Shown: piece after piece, positions 13,845 to 28,027 of the stretch
Layout of the letters: the number at the start of each line of letters is the position of its first letter
Position numbering within the stretch: position 1 is the stretch's first letter
NCBI RefSeq assembly: GCF_009834535.1
Contig: NC_045696.1
Coordinates: forward strand, 60,948,001-61,012,000
Direction of reading: 5' to 3'
DNA: 64,000 nt
DNA from: Camelus ferus
Lineage: Eukaryota
Made by a program: the position numbers and the translations under genes
Notes under the pieces: generated by a model
What the model was told of the DNA's origin: nothing
The model's database searches: none
The model's input: only the letters and a program-made list of their open reading frames with translations

Positions 13845-14085
13845 GTATGCCCCAGCATCACTGTCCCATATACTTTCTGTGATGATAGAAAGGTTCTATT
13901 ATCTGTGTTGTCCAAAATGACACACAGCAGGTCTGTCTGATGTGCTGTCCAATATGACACATGTGGCTACTGAGCACTGAAATGTGGCTAGTACAACTGA
14001 GGAACCAAATTTTTTAATTTTAACTTAGTTTAATTTTAATAACCACTTATGACTAGTAGCTACCAAATTGGACAGCACTGCTCTA
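13845..14085. mobile_element. MER3-like hAT-Charlie element
   Basis: CTTTCTGTGATGATAGAAA..CACATGTGGCTACTGAGCAC..AATGTGGCTAGT..TTGGACAGCACTGCTCTAG. Confidence 0.75.
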
Positions 14086-14939
14086 GAAAAATTCACATAC
14101 ATATTACTGTGGTTGATACAAAATATACATAAATAAGGATCCAAAAAAAATATAATTTCCACTTAAGCTCTGGCACTCCAGTGCATATTTCCAAGACTAA
14201 CGAAACCATAATTTTGTGGGTCACCAATTGCTTCCTTGAAAAACTAAATGGTCTTTTAAGCAATTCTCATTCTTCTTTACCTAGGAAATAAGTATCCAAC
14301 TCTTGAAAGCCTTAATTCTCATGGCTTCAATAAGACTGTGTTACTTTGGCCTACCCATTACCTCTCAATTTTTTTGTTTTTTTGTATAATCTTAGTCTCC
14401 CCCATCTGCCTCCAACCATAGGCTTTTTACCAACTGGATCCTTGGTTTCTTGTTTTCTACCTTCTACTCAGAAAAAATTTCTTATACCTTTAACCATGTT
14501 TCTGTGAAACAGCACCACCTTACTATATACTCTTAAACGCATCATTTAACCTCTTTTGGACTGCTTCTCATCTGTAAAATAACTTAGGTGGTGACTATAG
14601 TTCCTTTGGCTTTAGGAGTCTCTGAATTCTATCCAGTACAGGCTTCATTATGAAAACTCTGTTTCTGATTTTTCCTCAGGCTGATTCCTCTTCTTGGCTT
14701 TTTAAATGCTGGTATACTTCATAGTTGTCAGTGCCCAGCTTTTCTACTCTCCACACTCTTTCTCCAAGAATCTCATAAACTCTCCATTATGACTCTTTCA
14801 ATTTTATGCTATAGCCCTAACTTCACTATTAAACTCCCAGATTTACATTTCTGTGTGTTGCATACAATTAACTAGATGTGGTGCTAGCCTCTTAAAGGTA
14901 TCAGGCGAGCTGAAGAAACTGTGTACCAAATTTCTTTGT

Positions 14940-15090
14940 CAGTATGGCTTAGAGATCAAAAACACAAGTTTTAGGATCAGATGTATCTGAATTTGAATCC
15001 CAGTTTCGTTACTTATTAGTTGTGTAACCTTGATCAGATTAATCTCAAGTCTCCTTTTTTTCATGTGTAAAATGGTTTTAAAAATAGTAC
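14940..15090. mobile_element. MIR SINE remnant
   Basis: TTTGAATCCCAG..TTACTTATTAGTTGTGTAACCTTG..TCATGTGTAAAATGG. Confidence 0.6.
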
Positions 15091-15592
15091 TTACAACTCA
15101 TATGGTTGTTATATGTACATTTTATATATACAGTTGGGAATATGCTAACAGTTCAATACACATTAGTTACTATTATTATCAGCAGCATTACCATCTTTTT
15201 AGTCCTCCAGGTTTAACAGCACAGTCATCTTTGATGCACTGTCTCTTTAAAAAAAAAATTCATTCACAAGGTCTATAAAATACATCCTTATTTTTCTCTT
15301 CCCACTGTCAGTATCTGGAGTAGATCCTTTTTACTTTGTCACATACTAAGATGTCTTCTTATTTTTCTTTCTCTAATACTATATACAGTCCAGTCCATAC
15401 CATATGACATCAAACCGGGTGTTCTCCTGTCCACTCTTGGTTCCCGGTGGCCCCCACAATGGTCGTTTAGGTTTCCTTTAATTTGTTCCACAATGCTGCC
15501 CTTAATCTGATGTCCAGCCTACTCTCCAGTCTTGCCCCAGCACCACTATACCATCGACTGAGATAAACGGATTTACTCATTGATGTCAAAAT

Positions 15593-15594
15593 AA

Positions 15595-15677
<83 letters not shown>

Positions 15678-15679
15678 AT
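15593..15679 (+). repeat. (AAAT)n microsatellite, about 21 units
   Basis: Perfect AATAAATAAAT... array read directly. Confidence 0.97.
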
Positions 15680-16137
15680 TCAGTCAGCATTTATACATTT
15701 TTATTTTCCAGTATGAACTCTGACTGTTTTTCATTCCTGGACTGTTATCACAGCTACTCAACCAGAGTACTAGATTTTTAATGCTTACAGATTAGACTCT
15801 CTTATTTTTGTTTCCACTATATTACCTAGCATAATGCCTTGCACATAAAAGTTTTATTATTATTAGACAACTCAAAATCTTTACAGCTGTTTACTCCTCC
15901 ACTAGATCCCTTAAATTCTTCAAGGACAGGGAGTATTTTGGTCCCCTTTGTATATCTACATCTGCCCAAATCCCTTAGTCAATAAACATTTGACATTTGA
16001 CTACTGACTAGTCTCCCTGTCTCCAAACCCATAATCTAGCTGCCTCAAATGCAAAAGGTAGCTCTTATATTCTCTAATCGAACCACTTATTCTGATTAGA
16101 CTGGCCTCCCCACAACTTCATAAAGAGCAGTCTCACT

Positions 16138-16565
16138 ATATTAGTCAGGACTCTTATTTTGTATCAAAAAGTCTACTCAAATTAAGCAGGAAAGGGAATT
16201 TATTAGCTTGCATAATTTGAAAGTCCAAGGATACCACTAACTTAAGGTCTGGCTACTGATCCAAGGGTTCAAACAGATCCAAAGGTTCAAACACTATCAT
16301 GAGAACTTGGCCTCACTCCTTCCATCTTTTGGCTCCACTTTCAATTTATTGCCAAGTTCTAGACTCATATTCTGTTCTCTTAGAAACCCCAGGGTTCAAA
16401 GTATGCCTCTTTCTCAATAGTTCCAATAAAAAATTCAGAATTTACACTCTTGTGTGCTTACTGGAAAATGTGTCCATCTCTGAACCATCACTGTTGCCAG
16501 AGGGATGGACTACACTGACTGGCTAGTCCTGCATCATGGCCACACCCCTGTGTCAATGTGGGATT
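16138..16565. mobile_element. Old MaLR LTR (MLT1J/K-like) with an internal 18-bp tandem duplication
   Basis: TATTAGTCAGGACTC..GGGAATTTATTAGCT..TGTGTCCATCTCTGAACCATCACTG; GATCCAA(G/A)GGTTCAAACA occurs twice at ~16258-16293. Confidence 0.55.
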
Positions 16566-18929
16566 CATTCCACTGCCTAGAATAGCTGTCATTCTCATTT
16601 CTGCCTCCCTAAATCCAAGCTACAAGCTTTCTGCCCCCAAAAGTCTTTTGTGATTTCTTTTAAAATATTCCTTGTCCACTAGATCAAGTCATCCATTCCC
16701 AAATATTTCTCCCTTTCTAGAGATCTACCTTTTAAAACAAACAGGAGGGAAAAACCTTAAGAAAATGTTGCATGATGAATTCTAATCATGTCAAATTATA
16801 AACAGTATGGGTAATATGTGCTGTTACTTAAAATGAAAACTCTTGAAAGACAGCAGCTCCACCAGATACATTCTATACATTAAAAAAGAACAGACTGTGT
16901 GGTAACTTTGATAAATATATCATTCAAATAATTTTCTTGGCTTTAAGTTTCCTGTAGGGTCTAAACAGAACATTTTAGCTAACATAAGTTATGTCTGAAT
17001 TCAAAGTACCTAGTGTAATAGGTAGACTATAGTTTTGGAGTTAAACAGGATTTCATCAAATCCTGGCTAACACCACTTTCCTTGGACATTAGCTACAGGT
17101 CTTTGAGCAAATTATCTCTCCAAACTCTGGTTTCATTATCTGTAAAAACAAGAATGATAATATCTATCTATACGTAAGAAGGCTCTGTTGTACAGTGGAG
17201 AGAAAATTAGTAAGATAGATTCAGGTAGTATTCTACCACTAATACTATTTATATGACTCTCTCTGAGTGATTCCTCATATGTAAATTTGGGATAATAATA
17301 TTTAATCCATTGGTTGTTAAGCATTTAACAAGGAGATGTATTTTAAAACACCTACCACAATGAATAGTAAACAGTGAAAACTCAATCATTGATGTTTTTC
17401 ACATCAAATTATCTATTTAAAATAATTCAGTATTTTTGTATTTACCAAGATCTGCCAAAGACTTCTTATACTTAATAAGTGATATTTCTAACATGTTAGA
17501 GGTGAATCTAGTCTAATAGGTTATAAAATACCTCATAATCTTTTTCTTTTCTTGTTTACTTTTTGACCAGATAAAATGTCAACCAACAAATAATTTGGTT
17601 TATAAAATATTAAGTAACAAAATAAGTATGGATAATAAACTAAAAATTCAGAGCATAGTTAGGGAAAAATTCATTGGGACTACCTATTATTCTTCATAAA
17701 TGCCCTTGGGTTTCTTTGTTAATAACATATTTCTTAAAGGCAAAAGACATTGGTCCTAGAACTATTTAAAAGCAGGTAAGATAACGAACTAGATAAACTC
17801 CTGGAATCAACTTGTTCTTTAACTTCAGGCTTAATGTAGTAATATTGAAATGACTCACACCAATATGAAATAACTATGCTACCCATCTCCTAAACCATAT
17901 GCCATATAGCAATTTCCTGAACAGAATCATGAAATCTGGGTATGAATGACAATATTAGATGTTGTCTCTCAGAACACATGCAAAAGGCAAGTGGCTGTTC
18001 ATATCTACATTAGCAAGGAAGTTTAATTTTAATACCATTCACTAAAAAATACAAACTATATTCAGTACAACTGTTTCCAATAAGAGGCTAAACAAGTAGG
18101 CATTTGATTTTCATTTTACATGATAGCAGAAGTTTCTTTGGAAAGAACAGTTTCTTGAAGTAGTTTAACAGTTCTGTTTATTTTTCTAACATGGGTGAAT
18201 CATATGTAATACTTACCAACCTTTAGAGTGGACAAACATAGGAAAGGTGTTAAATAAGAGATTTTAAAATAAAATAAATAAAATGTAATAAATATAACAC
18301 ACAAAGTACTACACATTCTATGGCTGCAAATACACTGTGTGAAAATAAAATATTTAAGTACATCATACTATACTATACGTAAGGGATTTTTTTCCCTCCT
18401 TTTTATTTGTATAAGAATGAATAGATTGTTTTTAATCAACCCCCTGAGGAAGCAACATTTTAAACACAAGAGAAACACGTTGAACACCTTAGTCACCAGA
18501 CATTGTACTCTCCAACTAAGAAAACCAAATATATCTCATTTCTTACCTTATCTGTGTTCAGAAATATGTATAAAACAAAGTAATGTTTGTTTCTAAAAAG
18601 CATTAAATACAGATAGGGTAGGCAATCTACATATCTTTTCTAAACAGTTTTCTTCAACTTCTTGGTGGTGGCCATGAGGAGAGAGGAAAGTAATGGGAGT
18701 CTGAAGGTGGGTTCCTATTATTTTTTACAAATACTTGTAGTAAGCCAGCTAGATGAAGAGGAGAAAGAAAAGTTAAAAGTGTTTGGGTTCACATTAAAAA
18801 CTCCTGAAAAAAAGCCAGAGCTGAGAGTCATACTTTCCTGACAATGCAGCGACCAATGCTAAGTTGATCTATTAAGAGCGCGCTACAATCCCAAATCTTA
18901 GTGAAGTCAATTTGGCATCCCAAATCCGA

Positions 18930-19680
18930 AAGGGCCTGTAGAAACCGGGGCGGGGCAAGGGTCTACCTCAGCAGCTGGGGAAGTTAATTTTCTAGGAGAG
19001 TAAAACACTACCCATCAATCCTCTACGGGCCTCTTCCCCGAGAGGCTGCTGTCCGCCTCGCCGCAGGCTCAGGGTCTGGCCCGCAGGCTCTGGGGCTGGG
19101 TGGGTTGGGGCAGTCAGCTTCTCCCCGTTACCCGGGAACCATCCAGGAGTTACGGGACCAGTTACTGTAACTACTGGCGATTTCCCCTCACCGGCTGGGG
19201 CGGCCTCCAGCCGCGCCCAGGGCCTCCGATCGGCAGGGATGCCCCCTGCCCCACTCACCCGCCCGGGTGGTGTCTGTCAGGTCGTGGTTGGCCGCTCCCC
19301 GGGGAAACTCCCTCAGTTTCCGGCCGCTCAGGCTCAGCACCCCGGTTACCGCCGCCTCCTCCAGCGCTCGGTCGAGGGAGCGGCTCCACGAGCCCGGGCC
19401 AGGACCAGGACCTGCCCCGGAGTTTGGGCCACAGTTAGAGGAGAGGTTCCCTCCCGACGCTCCTGGGCCAGAGTACTCTGCAGCCGTGGCCACAGAGACC
19501 AAGCCCGTGGCCGCCATTTCCCAGCCGACAACTCTCCGGCCCGCCGGCTCGGCGCATGCGCAGCCAGATGATGGGTGGGCGGGGAAAGGGGCGCACAGAC
19601 CCCGGACGATCCCCTTGATGGACAGGTTTGCGGTGCCCCTCGGCACAACTAGGCTCTTGCCTCCGCCCACATCAAGGTTT
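18930..19680 (-). promoter_or_regulatory. LRCH3: LRCH3 CpG-island promoter with NRF1 and YY1 motifs
   Basis: GC/CpG-rich. NRF1 palindrome GCGCATGCGC at 19552-19561, YY1 motif CCGCCATTT at 19511-19519 overlapping the ATG, GC boxes at ~19573-19583. Confidence 0.8.
19259..19517 (-). CDS. LRCH3: LRCH3 coding exon 1 (leucine-rich repeat and calponin homology domain protein 3), 86 codons + 1 nt
   Basis: Translates MAATGLVSVATAAEYSG...GSWSRSLDRALEEAAVTGVLSLSGRKLREFPRGAANHDLTDTTRA, matching the LRCH3 N-terminus. Ends at G|GTGAGT donor. Confidence 0.95.
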
Positions 19681-22600
19681 TCAAGGGAAATTAAAATGGA
19701 ACTCACAAATCTGGAGCAGGTCCCTACTTTAGGCTCCCAGTAACCTTCCTAATAGGCCACTACAAAAATATCTTTCGGATAACGCTCCTCACCAAAACTT
19801 CTCTACCTTCCTGCCTCAGTACTGGAGGATTAAACATTAAGTCTAGTCTTCTAAATATCGTTGCTGCCACAAACTTAGGCAGTGAGGAGACCCTGAGATA
19901 TGACCCAAAATGTTTCCTGACTTCTGTCATCCTGTGAACCAAACGATCTAAATGGAGACTTGGGGATTTATTAACTATTGTCGCCCGAGGGAAAAATGAG
20001 TATTAACCTGGCTCCCAAATATCATAATTTTCATTGAAAGGGTTACACAAATATTTTAGACCCTCCGTTTGACAAAACAGCCTCTTAACGAACATAAAAC
20101 AAACATCCTAAATAGCAATTGCCCTTTAGGCAATATTGTTGAACAAAGCTGGATGAACGGCATTAAAGTCTAAAATTTTGGTCTGGAACCAAAATTAAGG
20201 AAGAGAAAATGATCTGGCTATAATCTACATGTGTGAATTAAAGACAGACTGAAGAAATGGTTAAAAAAGAAAGAGAAAAAGAAAAACCACTCAGTTACTG
20301 GAAAAGTAGAAAATACCACTTCATTTTAAACCAATTAGACCTTACATTGCTCCCGGCCTTCAGCATATGGTTTCACACATCTAAGTCATTCCTGCTACAT
20401 GATGTAATTGTCCCCGACAATCAACTAGTATCTACTGTAGGAAATAGGCTGTCAGATACAATCCTCTTCCTAGATTATCTAATTATGGAATCCAGACAAA
20501 TATACCAATTAGAGATTAAAACTGCAAAAAAAAAAAAAAAAAAAGGTGGGGGTTGAGTAAGGATTTTGGGGATTATCCATCAGAATTCAGAGAAAAGGAA
20601 TCTAGTATATGACGGATGAATGAGGTTTTTAAGCAAATCTGAAGGATTCTGAAGTGGGATATGCTAGAAGATGAGAGCAATAACCCAGACTGGGAGGCGT
20701 ATCAGCATGAACACATCCAGGGATGATTTATAATGGTACATGTGGAGAACATTGCCACAGCCAAAAAGTTCATGTCAGATAGCAAAAGAAAGGTTGGAGA
20801 GGTTCTACCCATCATTCAAGATCCAACTCTTCAATGAAACCTTGGTTAGCACTTTCCCCAACGACTAAATGGAAGAGATTGTTAAAAGGTTTAATCTCAA
20901 TGTTAAGGCTAATCTTATAGTAGTAAGAGTTGTTCTGTGAACTTTTACTACTATGTTCTAGGTTCTTCAGTGACAAGTTCCATAGTCAATGTCAGTTATA
21001 AACAATGGCAAAGGATATATTTGTCATCCCTAGGAACATTTATCCAATGCATAAATTGGTTTTTGCTATTCGGGACTTCCTAAAAATTTTGTTATTCTTA
21101 GAAAGACTTAAAGCTATTTGAGACCAAGACCTCACTTTATATTTTTTAGAGCAATTTCAACCACAACTAAAAGTGCAACCATATATTCCATATTAACACA
21201 TTGCTATAGAAATAGCTGCCAGATACCTAAAATGCACAACTGTCATCTATGATTACCTACTACCTTCCACATTTACACTAAATTCTCCTTACGAGTTCTC
21301 CATAATATGGCCTCATTCTTCCTATCTACCTGCATATCTCATAACTGCAACACATCATGCAAATCCTGGTCTCTGAACTTCTGACCAAGTTTATATATTG
21401 ACGTTACTTTATCTATTCAACTAGATTAAGGTCCTTAATGTTAAACCCTATAATTATCTTCCATAACCTAGGGCTGAGTATAGCAATAGGAGTTTAAAAA
21501 CAGTAAGAATGAGTGGAAAGAAGCAGAGATAGGAGATGAGTTATGTACTAACACAGGAGAGATGGTTGGGAGAAAAAAAAAGAATTGTAATTCTTGAGAA
21601 CATTAAGGGTACATTAAGTGTGTAGATATTTGAAGGCCAAAACAAAGGCCTTGTGGATACAGGAAAAATGAAGACGCTATATATACACCATTATATGAAA
21701 ACAAGTCCTAGGTTAAAAAAAAAAAAAAAAAGCTAGAAGAAAAGATAGATCAAGGAGGTAATTTTGAGACTTTCAAGGATTTGAAATTTCATCTATGAAG
21801 TAAGGGTAGAATATGAGGAAATTCTCATCCTATCCTTCAGTCTTCTCCATAAAGCAAGGGACAAGATCATCCTGTGAGAATGAGGTTTAGGAAATGGAGT
21901 CATTGTAGGGAGTTAACCAGAGTCTAGTGATGAATAAAAGAAGTGATGAGAAACAGTTGCAAATAGGGCTGTGAGCAAAAAAACTACAGGGATCTATAAC
22001 CTACTCCATTACTGCTTCGTGATCTGGAAACATGAAAAGATAGGCAATCGGGATTACTGTTTGGAATTAACACAGAAAATTTCCCTGCTTCTTCCTGTGT
22101 ATTTTACAGGTAGAAAGTTTACTGACTTCCAGGAGCAAAAGTTTTACTCAAATCTCAATACCTCTCTCCAGCTCTTCATCTCACCTTATGGAGAAATAAA
22201 GCCCTTTCTCTGCTTTTACTCACTATAAATACATTATGGTCACTCCTTTAAGATTCCAAACTTTATAAACTCAAAGCAGTAGGATTAAAATCTTCACCAA
22301 TCCCATTCTCTTCAAATATAAAGCACAGAAACTGGTTTGTTGAATATATTCCCTTCCCTTTCTGACTCCTTTAATAAGAAGTATTAATAATTGACTTTTT
22401 AAAAATTTATATAAGAAAATTTAAACAATGTGATTTCCTTCTCATTAGAGGAAAATGGAAATAGAAATTAAACACATGCACTCTAGGGAAATAGTTTCCT
22501 ATTCATCTTTAAACATCAGTAAACCTCATCTGAATACACTGAGAAAAAGGAATTTCAGTTCCAGAATAGTATCACATTTCCTTGCTTTATCATGCTTTTT

Positions 22601-23828
22601 GTTGAATAGATTTTGGATACAAAGTAATTTGTAATGGCAGAGGAAAAAAAGAGACATTACAAGTCAACAATTTATATACAAATCTTTAAGTCCCTATCAA
22701 CAGCCCACAGTAGCCCAAAATTCTTGTTGTAAATGCTTGGGATTTATTAGTGTCATTTCAAAAAAAAGGGCTACCTCCAAATTGATCTATGCAAAAAGAA
22801 CTCGCTTTTAAGGAAAGCTTAAATCACGTTTAATTTTTTTTTAACAGAGGCAAAACACAAATAATCATGTAACTCTCATGAAAGTTCAAAGGTATATTGA
22901 TCAGAAATGAAGACATCATTTTGTCCTAATACTGCCTGCATTCATATGGTATTCATTCTCTGAAGTGCAAAGTCAGCTATTTCTTCACTCTTATCTCCTT
23001 ACAGTAAATATAAATCAGAACAAAAATTATCCTAACACTGTGCATGTCGTGTGAATTTAAAGCTACTGACAGCAAAATATGATATACATATATACCTATT
23101 GCAACAAAAAATAACAATTGGGCAATAAAGTCTCTTAAGTTTCTTCACACTTACAAGTATTTTATAAATACTTGCTTATAATTAAAACTGTAGTGAAGTT
23201 TATGTCTATTAGGAAAAAATATGTAATGTCTGATTAGGAACACTGGTCTTTTCTAATTAGCCTACCTAACTTGAATACCAAAGTGATGAAATCTCATAAT
23301 CATCACTGGCAGAGTGTATTTACTTACCATGCTATAAATGCTAAAGCATAGCTGCTACCACTTCTTAAGAGATCTGACAAGCCACACACCATTCCACTAC
23401 TTTCTGTTGGTGTTCAATTCATAGGAACAGTTTATTATGCATTGAGAATTAAAAGATCTGAGCTTAAAAGATGACTCTGCCACACACAAGTCTTGAAAAG
23501 CTGGGTCTCACTGAATCAAGAGGTAAAAAGAAGGGTTAAACTGGATGATCTCTAAATGCTCACCCAGCCTAATATTCTGCATTCTAAGTAAATTCAATTC
23601 TCTATTTTAACTCCTCCTGGCTAGTTCCTGTTGGAGCTATGAATGAAATAGGCAAAGACAATTAATGGGATACCAATATGAATGTAGACTGATTTACCAA
23701 TTTAATTGGTAGGTAGCTTTTCAAACCCTAAAAATTATAGTCACTACGAAGTTCTTTGTAACACAACAATCTAAAAACCACAACTCAATCTTTACAGCTA
23801 AGAATAAATCATGTGAGACCTGTAATAT

Positions 23829-23834
23829 TTTATT
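23829..23834 (-). terminator. FYTTD1: Candidate FYTTD1 polyadenylation signal (AATAAA)
   Basis: TTTATT on the + strand ~2.3 kb past the stop, with U/GU-rich sequence downstream on the minus strand. Other AATAAA candidates exist. Confidence 0.35.
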
Positions 23835-26106
23835 TGTTAAAAATGAAAAGCTTCAGAATAGATCTAAATGTAACTTTTCCAAAAAACACCAAAAAGTACA
23901 GTGTAAATCATCTCCTCATCAAGTACAAACTTTCATTTTGTGATGCACTGCATCAATGTTTTGTATACACCTTGATGCAAAGGGAATTTTAAGTTGCATC
24001 CTGTTTTTAAAAAAACTTTAAGAACTGAAAAAAGGATGACTACAACCAAATTCCAAGAAAGGAAAATTTTCCTCCAAAAGCATATTCTTTTGTTTATATA
24101 CATGTTAACACTCAAGAATTTTAATTTGGTTGTAATAAAGGCAAGATATTATATTTTAAAAAATGAAATTACAGATGCATGAAGAGCAAAAGTTTAATAT
24201 ACCAAAGACATTTTGATGCACTTAATATTTGGGGCAATTTTTAAGGTTTTCCCAAAAAAAGGCATTAGTAATAGCTCTGTACAATATTTAAAATAACAAC
24301 AAACAAAACATCTTTATAGCATATTCTCACACACTGTTCTAAAGACACAAACTCGTGCTCAGTTGTTTTTCTTTTGCTTTAAAATAAGCTACCAGTAATT
24401 CTAAACCAGTCTAATATGAATTGTCCATGGATCAAATCTAAGGATTCATACTTGCAAAAATGTTTTGCAATGAGTTCTTGGCCTAAAGAGAGACTAGAGT
24501 TTATTTTCAAATTGACTAGATTCCAACAACCCCTTATTAGTAGACTTACAAGCAAAATACCAGATATTAAGGATCAGACTTAATTCTTTGGTATAAGCAT
24601 GAAACTGTTATTGATAGCTTTCCGTGGCTAGAATAAATCAAGTAACCCAAGAAGCATAAGAGACAACAATGTAGTATACACAAGGCAGGCAGGAGCCATA
24701 ACTCAATGTTCTGTTTTGTATTTTATATAGGGAAAATCAAGACTAATACACTGTAGGGAAACTAACACCTACTTAGAGGTTTTAACATTAGAGCAAACCA
24801 AAAAGTTAAGCTTCAAAATGACCAAAACTGTAACCTGTAGCTTGAATATTTTGCTGCCTTTTGCCTTTATACCACAACTTACAGTCTATAACCATCTGAG
24901 GACTTTTAGCACTAGCTTGGCACAACAAACTAACTCATCCTAACCTTCCAGAGTATGGGGGAGAAAAACTCTTTTCTCACCATAAACTGCTTGAACTTTA
25001 TACAAGAAATCAGAGTCAAAGGTACAAAATAAGGTTACAATGTAACTCTATTATCATTTTGCATTTTTTACCTTATGACATATACAAGAATATTTTTATT
25101 TTTGGAGCTGCTGTACACTGTTTAATTTAGCAAACTGAAAAGCTTATAACTTTTTGAATAAGAAGTCTGGGATTTTATGGCTAATTTTACTATCAAAATA
25201 TCTAAGGGACTCAATTCATTTTAATAATTATAATTATTCTAAGTATCATTTGAAGAATCTGTGGACCCTAGACTAAACACAGTAAATCCAAACAGTATAC
25301 CTATGACCTAGGTTTTACAGTTTTTCACCTCAGTTACCTGTCTTCCACCTGCTACTACTTTCATGTTTTCTTCATTTACTAAACACAAATTGTCAGATTT
25401 TTATGTTGGACCTTCCTCCTCCGAGGCTCTAACAGATAACTTTCTAAACACAAATTTACAGCCTTCAAATACCAACATTTTGAACTGAGACTAATGCTTA
25501 GAGTCACATTTCTTGTTAAAAGTTCAGCATTAAAGATTTATAACTCTGGAGGATTAACCTGAAGTTATCTGAAAAATGAATCAAGTTCCAGATATTCCCA
25601 TAAATCTTAAATTCGAAAACTGAAATTCTAATAAACTGTTTATATCCCTAATAAAGTTAACTGCACTTATTACATCAACATTATTAAAGGATAAATGACA
25701 GCAACGAAGGGACTTACTCATATTTCTGAAGACCAAGATTTACCATGGCAAGGGTAAAAAATGGGCAAAGATGAAGAGATCCTAAATATCACTATCATAA
25801 AAATAATTACTTTCTATCCTTCTGCTTTCTTTCTGCTGCATGAGGAACCAAAAAAAGTCAAATAGAGAATTGTTCTGTCTGAGCCAACCATGAAATCTTT
25901 AAGAACATATAGTTATATTCCCTGTAATTCTTTCAGGGCATTTTTTATACATGTTTAAAAAAAACACACACACAACTTCAAAAATAAAAATAAAGGTTAT
26001 TTAGCCTTGTGAATATCTTGAAATAAAGTTTCTTGAACTTCTGTAATGAACTCGAAGAAATTCAACTTTTAAGAGTCATCACTCCAAAGTCCCTTTGACA
26101 CGGGAT

Positions 26107-26205
26107 CTATCCCACGGTTACAAAGCGGCTTCCTCCTTTGTTGAAAGTAAGAGTGGCTCTTTGTTCCTTCAGGATCCCAAATCGCTCATTCAAAGTCATC
26201 CCTGT
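26107..26205 (-). CDS. FYTTD1: FYTTD1 exon 9 (last coding exon)
   Basis: TAG|ACA GGG ATG...: [32 protein letters not shown], stop TAG at 26109-26107. Confidence 0.96.
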   Translation of the reverse strand, partial: TGMTLNERFGILKEQRATLTFNKGGSRFVTVG

Positions 26206-26211
26206 CTACAG

Positions 26212-26212
<1 letters not shown>

Positions 26213-26240
<28 letters not shown>
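26213..26240 (+). repeat. (AAAAC)n tract forming the exon 9 polypyrimidine tract on the minus strand
   Basis: AACAAAACAAAACAAAACAAAACAAAAA read directly. Confidence 0.85.
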
Positions 26241-26243
<3 letters not shown>

Positions 26244-26849
26244 ACAACTTGACTGTAAGACACACCTTACTTTGAAACAATTATGTTAACATAATTCACA
26301 GTAATAATAGCTAACATTTCCTGAATATTCAGGTGTATGAACTCACTTAATTCTAACAAAAACCATACAAAACAGGTAAATCTGGTGAAGTTTAGAGAAG
26401 TTAGTTAACTTGCCCACTTGGAGTTCCAGAATTTAAACTTGACTCAGAATCCCTATCTCCTAACCACCATAATGCCTACATTATACACTATATAAAACAC
26501 ATATATTATAATGCTTATAGGTCATATATCCAAAAATTTCTCTATCTAAATTATTTTTAGGCTCTGCAAACAGTGCCACCAACTCTAGAGATGCCTCTGA
26601 TAAAAGTTTTTTAGACTTGTATTTTGAAACAAATTTTCTTGCATTTTGGTGAGCTCATAACAGAAATTTAAGTCAAATTCAAATCAAAATCTGGTTTTGA
26701 TTAATGATAGAAAAAGCACCCAAATTACATTTCATCATTTCTGAAAGGAAAGTAACAAGTCATAAAATAAAAATAAGCAAAATAAATTTGGTCAAATTTC
26801 TTTCCATACTTATCTTCAACTCCACAGATTCTTCTGTCAGTGGACACAA

Positions 26850-27925
26850 ACAAAAAAATCTGACAAAATGCAACACCCGTTCACGATAAAAATTCTCAGC
26901 AAATTACTAATAGAAAGGGAACTCCCTCAATCTGATAAAAAGAATCTACTGAAAACCTGCTGGTGGGGAAAGGGTATAAAGCTCAGTGGTAGAGCACATG
27001 CTTAGCATGCATGAGGTCCTGGGTTCAATCCCCAGTATCTCTATTAAAATAAGTAAATAAACCTAATTACCACTCCCTTCCAAAAACAAAAACAACAAAA
27101 ATCAAACTAGTGGTAACATCATACTTAACACTGAGAAATTTAATGCTTTCTCCTCAAGCCTGGAAATAAGGCAAGCATACATGCTCTCAACATAGTACAG
27201 AAGGTCCTGGCCATTATAAGAAAAAGAAAAAGTTTAAAGATTGGAAAGAAACTTGGAGAATAACATAATTGTTTACATAGAAAATCCTAAGGAATCTATA
27301 TAATTACTAATTTTAGCAAGATTACAAGATATAAGGTTAAAACAAAAACTGTCAAAACCGTGTGAGATTTACCACTTCATGTGCATCTGAATGTTTACAA
27401 TCAAGTGACGTAATAACAAATGTTGACAAAGACATGGAGAAATTTAGAACCTTTAAACATGTTGATAGGAATAGTACTACAGCTACTTCTTTGGAAGGCA
27501 ATTTGGTACCTCCTCAAAAAGTTAAACACATAGTTACAATATGATCTAGTTATTCCACTCTTAGATATTTCCCAAGAGAAATAAAAACATATACTCACAC
27601 AAAAACATAAATGTACAGGTTTTTGCATGAGCATATGTACATGAATGTTCAGAGGAGCATGACTGACAATAGCTAAAGAATGGAAACAGCCCCAATGTCC
27701 ATCAACTGATAAATAAATGTTATATCCATATGATGGAACATTATTCAGCAATAAAAAGAAATGAAATACTGATACACACTATAAAGAAACCATGAAAACA
27801 CTATGCTAAATGAAAAAAGCCCATCACAAAAGTTCACATATTGCATGATAACATTCATATGAAATGTCCAAAATAGGCAAATCTGGAGACAGAAAATAGA
27901 TAGACCAGTGGTTTCTTAGGATTGA
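26850..27925 (+). mobile_element. Old L1M fragments (ORF2 and 3'UTR), interrupted by a SINE
   Basis: ATAAAAATTCTCAGCAAA..GAAAATCCTAAGGAATCTA..TGGAAACAGCCCCAATGTCCATCAACTGAT..AATAGGCAAATC. Confidence 0.75.
26965..27101 (+). mobile_element. tRNA-Ala-derived SINE (camelid Vic-1 type)
   Basis: GCTCAGTGGTAGAGCACATGCTTAGCATGCATGAGGTCCTGGGTTCAATCCCCAGTATCTC..AAACCTAATTACC + A-rich tail. Confidence 0.88.
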
Positions 27926-28027
27926 GGAAAGTTAGGACACCCTATATAATTAATTATACAACATTTGTTTTGTGAACTAAAATATTTTCAGTGATTGGCC
28001 CAAAGAAATACAGAAAAAAAAATTTAC

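Larger units (their letters stand above)
1..19258 (-). other. LRCH3: LRCH3 intron 1 (partial; exon 2 lies beyond the window start)
   Basis: Begins at the GTGAGT donor after exon 1. I found no sequence encoding the expected continuation (DLSRNRLSEIP...) in 1-19258. Confidence 0.75.

Noticed and set aside
19188..19706. 172-aa ORF and overlapping plus-strand ORFs at LRCH3
   Set aside because: Stop-poor CpG-island sequence with non-ATG starts. Only 19517-19259 matches LRCH3.
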